Part shown: one piece after another, positions 57,153-64,000 of the stretch
Position numbering within the stretch: the first letter of the stretch is position 1
How the letters are laid out: each line of letters starts with the position of its first letter
From: Myxococcota bacterium
GTDB lineage: Bacteria; Myxococcota_A; Polyangia; Nannocystales; Nannocystaceae
NCBI GenBank assembly: GCA_039194325.1
Contig: JBCCWC010000012.1
Span: 1 to 64,000 of the forward strand
Reading direction: 5' to 3'
Length of the DNA: 64,000 bases
Notes under the pieces: model-generated
Databases searched by the model: none
Told to the model about the DNA's origin: nothing
The model's input: the letters and a program-made list of their open reading frames with translations, nothing else
Position numbers and translations under genes: made by a program

Positions 57153-58390
57153 TCCGGACTCTCGCGCAGAGCTGGACGCGGCGGGGTACCACGCGATCGG
57201 CCACCATCCTCCTGGGCACCATCCTCCTGGGTGCCGCCTGTGGCTCCCACGCTCGCAACGTGGATTGGCTCGAGGTCGAGCGGGGCACGCTGGTGATCGA
57301 CGTCGACGTCAGCGGCACCCTCGAGGCGGTCGACTCGGCCTCGATCACTCCCCCAGGGCTGCCCGGGGTGTGGAACTACAAGATCGCCATGATGGCTCCC
57401 GAGGGCAACGAGGTGGAGCAGGGGGCCACGATCCTCGCCTTCGACACCAGCGACCTCGACCGTCGACTGGAAGAAAAGACGGCCAGCCGCGACTCGGCGG
57501 CCAAGCAACTGGAGATGAAGAAGGCCTCCGCCAAGGTGGCCGAGCAAGACAACCGCCTGGCGCTGGCCGAGGCCCGGGCCGAGCACCACAAAGCCGAGCT
57601 CAAGGCCGAGGCGCCGGCCGACATCACCTCGGTGGTCGAGCTGGAGAAGGCCCGGCTCGACCTGGAGCTGGCGGTCAAGAAGGTGGCATACCTCGAGGGC
57701 AAGGGGGTGTCGATCCGGCAGAGCAACCAGGCCGAGATCTCGCGGTGGCGAAGCCAGCGAGACCGAGCCGAGGAGCGCGTAGCCGAGATCAGCACCGCGA
57801 TCGGCCAGATGCAGATCAAGTCCCCCCGAGCGGGCACGGTGATCTACGAGTCCAACTGGGAGGGTGAGAAGAAGAAGGTCGGCGACAACGCATGGCGGGC
57901 CGAGACGATCATGCGGGTGGCATCGCTGGCCGAGATGGAGGCCGCCGGCGAGATCGACGAGGTCGACGCGGCGCGGGTCTCGGTGGGGCAGCCGGTCTCG
58001 CTGCGCCTGGACTCACAGGCCGACGTGGAGTTGCAGGGCACGATCCGCGAGATCTCGCGAACCGTACAGCGCCAGTCCCCGGACAACCCGCTCAAGGTCG
58101 TCCGGCTCAAGATCAGCCTCGAGGACGGGGGCGCGCGGCTGCGACCCGGCATGCGCTTCCGCGGCAACGTGGAGACGGATCGGCTCAAGGACACGCTGCG
58201 GGTGCCCCTGGAGGCCATCGTAGCCACCGCCGACGGGCCGGTGGCCTACCGCCGCACGGCCGAGGGCTCCGAGCCGGTGCTGGTGACCTTGGGCCGCCGC
58301 AACGCCGAGCAGGTCGAGGTGACCGCGGGCCTGCAAGAGGGCGACGAGGTCGATGCGGCGCCCCAGCGGCGCTCGGAGGGGCCCCAATGA
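57149..58390 (+). CDS. Efflux membrane-fusion lipoprotein 2
   Basis: ATGA overlap; lipobox LGAAC; SPRAG and LRPGM motifs. Confidence 0.9.
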   Translation: MIRTLAQSWTRRGTTRSATILLGTILLGAACGSHARNVDWLEVERGTLVIDVDVSGTLEAVDSASITPPGLPGVWNYKIAMMAPEGNEVEQGATILAFDTSDLDRRLEEKTASRDSAAKQLEMKKASAKVAEQDNRLALAEARAEHHKAELKAEAPADITSVVELEKARLDLELAVKKVAYLEGKGVSIRQSNQAEISRWRSQRDRAEERVAEISTAIGQMQIKSPRAGTVIYESNWEGEKKKVGDNAWRAETIMRVASLAEMEAAGEIDEVDAARVSVGQPVSLRLDSQADVELQGTIREISRTVQRQSPDNPLKVVRLKISLEDGGARLRPGMRFRGNVETDRLKDTLRVPLEAIVATADGPVAYRRTAEGSEPVLVTLGRRNAEQVEVTAGLQEGDEVDAAPQRRSEGPQ

Positions 58391-59829
58391 GCCGCCGCAG
58401 CACGGAGTTCTCTATGCCGAGGGCCGGCTCGGAATGCGCGACTTCGTCGCGCCCGGCCTCGGTCTTGCCCAAGCGGCACCCAAGAGGGACGAAAACCGGG
58501 TTTTCTTGGGAGCCTCGGACCGGTCGTCGGACCCGCAGCCAGGCGGGCCGCCAGGCTGGCTGCCAGATAGCCCGGTGGTGGCTGCTCGCGGTCGCGCTCG
58601 GTCCGCTCGCCTGCGGGCCTGCGCCCGAGACCAAGGCCGAGGTCCCTACGATGGAGGTCGAGCGCAGCGACGCGTTCGTGCGCCGGGTGACGGCCGAGGG
58701 CTACCTCAAGGCGGTCGAGGCCACCCCGCTCACGGCCCCTGCCGACGCCGAGCGACCCATGAAGGTGGCCTGGGTCGCGCTCGACGGCAGCCACGTCGAG
58801 GAGGGCGAGGTGGTGGTCCGCTTCGACGACTCCGAAATGCGTCGGATGCTCGAGGACAGCGAGGACGACGTGATCTCGGCCAAGCGAGAGATCTCCCGCG
58901 AGAACACCCTGGGGGCCGCCACCGCCCGTCGTCGCGATCGCACCGCCAACCTGGCGGGGGTCGAGATGAAGATGGCCAAGGAGCTCCAAACCGACGACGA
59001 GCGGATCCTGTCGCGCAACGAGATCATCGAGACCCGCATCGATGCCGATCTGGCCGAGGCCAAGGCCGCCCACGCGCGCCGGGTCAAGAAGGTCGAAGGC
59101 GCGGTATCCCGCAACCAACAAGGCGTGCACGACATCGCCCGCAAGCGGGCGCAGAGCGAGGTCGAGCGGGCTATCAAGGGGCTGAAGCTGCTGGAGATCA
59201 CCGCCCCCCACGCCGGGATCCTGGTGCTGGAGCGCAACTGGCGGGGTGAGAGCCTGCGGGTGGGCGACACGATCTGGCGGGGGCAGAAGGTCGCCGAGCT
59301 CCCGCTGATCACCGACATGGAGGCGGAGCTCTACGTGCTCGAGGCCGACGCCGGCGAGCTGGCCGAGGGCTTGCGCGCCGAGCTGGTCATCGAGGCCCAC
59401 CCCGAGCAGGTCTACGAGGCCACCCTGGCGCAGGTCGACCCCCTGGCCAAGCCGCGCCACAAGGACGTGCCGGTGCAGTACTTCGGGGTGACCCTCAAGC
59501 TGCCCCAGACCGACGAGGCGATCATGAAGGTGGGGCAGCGGGTGCGGGGCACCATCATCCTCGAGCAGGGTGAGGCGATCGTCGTGCCCCGCCAGGCGGT
59601 CTTCGAACGCGACGGCCGGATGTTCGTGTTCCGTAAGGACGGCGCCGACTTCGACCAGATCGAGGTCAAGCTCGGCTCGTCGAGCGCGGGTCGGGTGGTG
59701 ATCCTCGAGGGTCTAGAAGAAGGCGACCGGATCGCCCTGCGTGACCCCGAGCGAGCCGCCAACACCCCGCTGGGCGCCGCCGAGGGCAAGGCCGGCGGCG
59801 ACGACAAGAAGGGAGGCCCGGTGCGATGA
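58387..59829 (+). CDS. Efflux membrane-fusion lipoprotein 3 (unusually long N-terminus)
   Basis: ATGA overlap; lipobox-like GPLAC; APHAG and MKVGQ motifs. Confidence 0.88.
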   Translation: MSRRSTEFSMPRAGSECATSSRPASVLPKRHPRGTKTGFSWEPRTGRRTRSQAGRQAGCQIARWWLLAVALGPLACGPAPETKAEVPTMEVERSDAFVRRVTAEGYLKAVEATPLTAPADAERPMKVAWVALDGSHVEEGEVVVRFDDSEMRRMLEDSEDDVISAKREISRENTLGAATARRRDRTANLAGVEMKMAKELQTDDERILSRNEIIETRIDADLAEAKAAHARRVKKVEGAVSRNQQGVHDIARKRAQSEVERAIKGLKLLEITAPHAGILVLERNWRGESLRVGDTIWRGQKVAELPLITDMEAELYVLEADAGELAEGLRAELVIEAHPEQVYEATLAQVDPLAKPRHKDVPVQYFGVTLKLPQTDEAIMKVGQRVRGTIILEQGEAIVVPRQAVFERDGRMFVFRKDGADFDQIEVKLGSSSAGRVVILEGLEEGDRIALRDPERAANTPLGAAEGKAGGDDKKGGPVR

Positions 59830-61064
59830 TGCGGGCCACCGACGCCCTGTGGGCCGCCCTGGAGAGCCTGGCCGAGCACAAGCTGCGCTCGGGCCTGACC
59901 ATGCTGGGCATCATGTTCGGGGTGGGGGCGGTGATCTCCATGCTCTCGATCGGAGCGGGCGCCGAAAAGAGCGCGCTGGACCTCATCGATCGCATGGGCG
60001 TGCGCAACGTGGTGGTGCGGGCCAAGGATTTCGAGGCCGACGAGCTCAAGGAGCTGCGCAAGAAATCGATCGGCCTGTCGCGCCGTGACGTCGACGCCAT
60101 TCGCGAAGCGGTGGCCGACGCCGAGCTGGTGGCCCCCCGGCTGGAGGTCGACCCCTACAAGGTGCTCTCGGCCGACGGCAAGACCGAGTCGGCCGTGTTC
60201 GGGGTCTCTCGACGGCACGCCGAGCTGGTCGATCTCCCCCTGGCCGAGGGGCGCTTGTTCGACGCGCTCGACGAGCGCGACCACGCCCAGGTGTGCGTGA
60301 TCGGCTCGGCGACCGCCCGTGATCTGTTCGGCACCGAGGTCGCCCTGGGCCAGCACCTGAAGGTGGACGACGTCTGGCTCGAGGTGATCGGCGTGCTCGC
60401 CCCCGAGGACACCGACAACGCCAGCGTCGAAGGGGTGGCGATCTCGTCGAGCGCCCGCGAGATCTACATGCCCTTCACCACCGCGCTGCGCAAGCTCGAG
60501 CGCGACCCGCTGGAGTCACCGCTCTCCGAGGTCGTGGTGCGCGTGCGCGACGAGGCCACCCCAGGCGAGGTCGCGGTGCTCATCGACGGCCTGCTCTCGC
60601 GGCTCCACGGCGGGGCCAAGGACTACGAGGTCATCGTGCCCGAGGCCCTGCTCGCCCAGAGCCGCGAGACTCAGCGCCTGTTCAACATCGTCATGGGATG
60701 CATCGCGGGGATCTCGCTGCTGGTCGGGGGGATCGGGATCATGAACATCATGCTCGCCTCGGTGCTCGAGCAGACCCGCGCGATCGGTGTGCGCCGGGCG
60801 GTGGGGGCGAGGCGACGCGACATCCGGTTCCAGTTCCTGGTGACCTCGTTCATGCTCTCGCTGCTGGGGGGGATCTCCGGGGTGATCCTCGGGATCGGCA
60901 TCGCCCAAGTGGTCGCCGCCTATGCCCAGTGGCCCACGGTGGTCACCGTATCCTCCATCGTGCTATCGACCGGGGTGAGTGTGGCCGTAGGGCTGGTCTC
61001 CGGGTTGTATCCGGCGATCCGAGCCGCACGGCTGGATCCGATCGAAGCGCTGCGACACGAGTAG
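59826..61064 (+). CDS. ABC transporter permease (MacB/FtsX family)
   Basis: LRSGLTMLGI, ISLLVGGIGIMNIM, IGVRRAVGA and RAARLDPIEALR motifs. Confidence 0.96.
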   Translation: MMRATDALWAALESLAEHKLRSGLTMLGIMFGVGAVISMLSIGAGAEKSALDLIDRMGVRNVVVRAKDFEADELKELRKKSIGLSRRDVDAIREAVADAELVAPRLEVDPYKVLSADGKTESAVFGVSRRHAELVDLPLAEGRLFDALDERDHAQVCVIGSATARDLFGTEVALGQHLKVDDVWLEVIGVLAPEDTDNASVEGVAISSSAREIYMPFTTALRKLERDPLESPLSEVVVRVRDEATPGEVAVLIDGLLSRLHGGAKDYEVIVPEALLAQSRETQRLFNIVMGCIAGISLLVGGIGIMNIMLASVLEQTRAIGVRRAVGARRRDIRFQFLVTSFMLSLLGGISGVILGIGIAQVVAAYAQWPTVVTVSSIVLSTGVSVAVGLVSGLYPAIRAARLDPIEALRHE

Positions 61065-61156
61065 CAACAAGCGCGGTTGTCGCAGGTCTAGCCGCTCGAC
61101 CGATCGGTGCTCGACCTCACAAATGTCGATCTCTTGAATAGCCTCACCCTTCGCGC

Positions 61157-61699
61157 GTGACCATGGGTGCAGTGGCCTCGACCAACGCTCCCCTCCAGGT
61201 CTCTACCGGGAACATGTACGCGCTGGCCGCGTTCTGCATCCTCGAGGGGTCGCCCGATCTGCGCGATACGCACGAGCAGCTCAAGGTCGCGGCCGTGGTG
61301 GTCAACCGGCTCAACTCGTCCAACTGGGTGCGCGAGTTCGGCAGCGGGATCCTCGACCAGCTCTTCGCGCCCGGTCAGTTCGAGGTCCAGCCGCGCTACG
61401 GACTCGAGCTCGACGATTTCCACTCGCTCGACGGCGCGACCCGAGCCCTGGCCGCGGCCAAGCACTCGCTCAGCGAACAATGGGCGCGCGAGCTGATGAT
61501 CTCCTTCATGCGGGATGCGGCCGATCCCACCAAGTATCAGGCGGCGGCCTCGGCGGTCGGTGACGCGACGGGGTTTCGAGGTAACGGGATCACCAACACG
61601 TTCCGACAGGAGTCGCCCTGGGACGACGACAACCTGTCGAGCAAGCAGCCCAGCTCGATCGTGGTGGACTGGCCGGGCGGCGACAATCCGTTCTTCTAG
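61157..61699 (+). CDS. Cell wall hydrolase (SleB/Hydrolase_2-like)
   Basis: ILEG...VAAVVVNR...PGQFE motif. Confidence 0.7.
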   Translation: MTMGAVASTNAPLQVSTGNMYALAAFCILEGSPDLRDTHEQLKVAAVVVNRLNSSNWVREFGSGILDQLFAPGQFEVQPRYGLELDDFHSLDGATRALAAAKHSLSEQWARELMISFMRDAADPTKYQAAASAVGDATGFRGNGITNTFRQESPWDDDNLSSKQPSSIVVDWPGGDNPFF

Positions 61700-62319
61700 C
61701 GCGATCGGTCTTTGGCCAGGAGCTCGCGGACCGACGCCGACCAGCGCTCGAGGTCACCCATTGTGGACTGCAGCTGATCGGGCGTACGCGCCAGCCGATG
61801 CAGCTGCGCCTCGAGCGACTGCCGAGCCGAGCGCAACCGGGTGCGGGCCGTGCCCTCGGGGACGCCCAGCACCGCGGCCAGCTCGCGACCGGTCATCTGC
61901 TCCCAGTAGACCAGCTCGAGCAAGATCTGCTCGTCGATCGGGATCGAGCGTAGCGCCTCGAGCAGCAGCTTTTGCTCCTCGCGGTGAGCGAGCATACGGG
62001 TGGGGGTGACCCCCATGGAGGTCACCGACAGGCGCTGCGTATCGAGCGAGGCGTGCTCGCGCCGGCGAGATCCGTAGTGGTCGGCCAGCACATTGCGGGC
62101 GATCCGAAACAGGTAGGCGCGAAAGCTAGCCTGGTTACGGATCGCGTCCTTGGACTGGGCGCAGCGCAAGAACGTGCCCTGGACCAGATCGTCGATGTCG
62201 TCGCCGGCCTTGTTGCGAAAGAAGCGATAGACCGGATCGAAGTAGCGCTCGGCCAACCGGCGACCCGCCGCCTGGTCACCACTGCGCCAGGCCGTCAGGA
62301 GCTCCGCGTCATCGGACAC
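61696..62319 (-). CDS. ECF-type RNA polymerase sigma factor (probable GTG start)
   Basis: SDDAELL.AWR.GD, DLVQGTF, FRAYLFRIARN and GVPEGTARTRL motifs. Confidence 0.93.
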   Translation of the reverse strand: MSDDAELLTAWRSGDQAAGRRLAERYFDPVYRFFRNKAGDDIDDLVQGTFLRCAQSKDAIRNQASFRAYLFRIARNVLADHYGSRRREHASLDTQRLSVTSMGVTPTRMLAHREEQKLLLEALRSIPIDEQILLELVYWEQMTGRELAAVLGVPEGTARTRLRSARQSLEAQLHRLARTPDQLQSTMGDLERWSASVRELLAKDRSR

Positions 62320-62358
62320 TCGGGAGCACGATAGCACGGAAGCATGCGATGTCGATGC

Positions 62359-63237
62359 TCACGGGAAGCACTCGAACATGAAGCCCTGGGAGGTCACCGT
62401 GTTGCCCTCCATGTCGAAGGCTCGGAGCCACAGGCTCGCCGGCCCTACGTCGATGCACTCGGCGGACGAGGTCTCGACCAGCTGCAGCGCCCCGGCGGCA
62501 TCGAAGACCGGCGTATGGACGAGCAGGGGGCCCTTGCTCTGGACCAAGACGTGATCGATCCTCGAGTCGTTGCCGTCGAATCCCTGGAGATCGGGCTCCT
62601 CGACGTCGATCTCGATGTCGAATGGCTGACCTATCTGGGGTGGACCCATCATGGAGAACACATTGACCAGCGGGGCGAGCGAGTCCGTGACGTCGGCTCC
62701 GGCATGTAGCGTCGTCTGGCCTCCCGAAGCCGCAAAAAAGGTACAGCTCACGCTCGGACCGCGGTTCTTGCCCGTCTGCTGCCAGGTGATCACCTGCTGG
62801 AACTGGAACGGAGGGAAGGCAACGCTGCCCTGGAACGTACTGATGGTCGGATCACCACCACCAACCGAGATCTCGAACTTTCCCGGTTGACTGGCTGTGC
62901 AGGTGGCCACGGTGGGTGCGGTCTCGCTGACCGATTGTGGGGTGAGCGAGAAGTTCAAGTCGGGCCCGGGCGGCGGGGCCATGGCCCCGAAGACCGCGGA
63001 GTCCTCCGATGCGGAGGGGCGTCGATGCACGGTCATCGAGGACAGGGCCGAGTCCAGCACGGAGGTGCCACCCGAATACGAAATGCCATGACCGGGGAGG
63101 CATCCGGTGGCCACCATAGCGGCGCCAGCGACCAGCCACGGCGTGGTTCGATCACCGAGCAGCGATGCACCATGGCGGATGGTCCGCGCCACGGCAGAAC
63201 ATGCGTTGAATGGTCGAGAACGATGAGGGATCTGCAT
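62359..63237 (-). CDS. Hypothetical lipoprotein
   Basis: RBS-like GAAGAG before the ATG; lipobox-like VATGC; beta-rich body. Confidence 0.65.
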   Translation of the reverse strand: MQIPHRSRPFNACSAVARTIRHGASLLGDRTTPWLVAGAAMVATGCLPGHGISYSGGTSVLDSALSSMTVHRRPSASEDSAVFGAMAPPPGPDLNFSLTPQSVSETAPTVATCTASQPGKFEISVGGGDPTISTFQGSVAFPPFQFQQVITWQQTGKNRGPSVSCTFFAASGGQTTLHAGADVTDSLAPLVNVFSMMGPPQIGQPFDIEIDVEEPDLQGFDGNDSRIDHVLVQSKGPLLVHTPVFDAAGALQLVETSSAECIDVGPASLWLRAFDMEGNTVTSQGFMFECFP

Positions 63238-63409
63238 GGTTGTCTCTTCGAGGAGGCTCGGCCGTCGCTCGCAGCGAGGTTGCTGCGGCTCGGCTCGGCT
63301 CGGGGGTGAAGACGGCAGGCCCCTCGGGGTCGATTGCAAAAAGTCGACAGGCCGGGGCCAGAGCGAGATCGCTCGGCTGCCCGGCCCGTCCCGAAGCCGT
63401 ACCGCTTGC

Positions 63410-64000
63410 CTACGCCAGCAGCAGCGACATGTCGTGCTGCCCGTCGAAGCTCACCCCCATCGCCTGGCACACCAAACTATAGATATGCCCTTCCCGCAGC
63501 AAGATCCCCGGATCGGGATCCCCCGTCCGCAGATCGAACCCATACGTCAGCAGCGTATCCGGATCGATCCCCCCCCACACCCGGTTGCCATCGAGTAACG
63601 GCGAGACGAGCAGCGCCCCGTTGTTGAGGTGGTGCCCGGTGCCGAAGCTCCCCTGCCCCGCCGGCCGCTGCCTCGTGCGACCAAAGTCCGTCGCCACGTA
63701 CACCAGGCTGTGATCCCACATGGTGCCCTCCCCCATGGGCGCACCTTGCAGCAGCGTGATCAGCCCGTCGACCGCGTTCATCATGCGACCCCACATCACG
63801 TTCTGCGCCACCACGTGATCGGTGTGTGAGAAGTCGAAGGCCAGCGGCGTGCCTTCGAGGCCATCCGCGCTGGTCTCGGGGGTAAAGCGCGCCCCGAAGG
63901 TCACGGCCGAGGCCACCCCGTAGCGCGCCAGCAAGAACGACAGCCCCGCCTGCATCTGCAGCGGATCGGTGAGCAGGCGCGGGAACACGGCCTGCAGCTC
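63410..64000 (-). CDS. DUF1501-like protein, C-terminal part (runs off the window)
   Basis: FDFSH, VATDFGRT and GTGHH motifs. Confidence 0.75.
   Translation of the reverse strand, partial: ELQAVFPRLLTDPLQMQAGLSFLLARYGVASAVTFGARFTPETSADGLEGTPLAFDFSHTDHVVAQNVMWGRMMNAVDGLITLLQGAPMGEGTMWDHSLVYVATDFGRTRQRPAGQGSFGTGHHLNNGALLVSPLLDGNRVWGGIDPDTLLTYGFDLRTGDPDPGILLREGHIYSLVCQAMGVSFDGQHDMSLLLA

Overview
GC-rich bacterial DNA with the hallmarks of a myxobacterium, probably Nannocystales-like. That placement is an inference from the many Ser/Thr kinase-TPR genes, Cys-rich and vWA lipoproteins, and the PEGA, FG-GAP and DUF1501 genes. The window holds about 48 coding regions. They include five kinase or kinase-like genes, a PP2C phosphatase, two-component and sigma-54 regulators, a FabH/ACP/acyltransferase/DegT/DUF2723 cluster, hutU, an FmrO/Rmt-like 16S rRNA methyltransferase, rsmI, an AAA ATPase + DUF4276-like pair, a divergent tgt, and a MacB-type ABC exporter with three membrane-fusion proteins. 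No rRNA, tRNA, CRISPR array or transposase was seen. Four signals stand out. (1) An in-frame TGA forms a U-P-V-C redox motif followed by a SECIS-like hairpin, which points to a selenocysteine redoxin fused to propeller and Ig-like domains (23236-24560). (2) The 3' ends of two convergent genes are duplicated and fused so that they bracket two different cargos (13710-18859). (3) A putative multi-stem, possibly pseudoknotted leader RNA lies upstream of a conserved hypothetical gene (54735-54896). (4) An aminoglycoside-resistance-type methyltransferase is coupled to hutU and lies next to rsmI. All family assignments come from motif recognition by eye; no searches were run.
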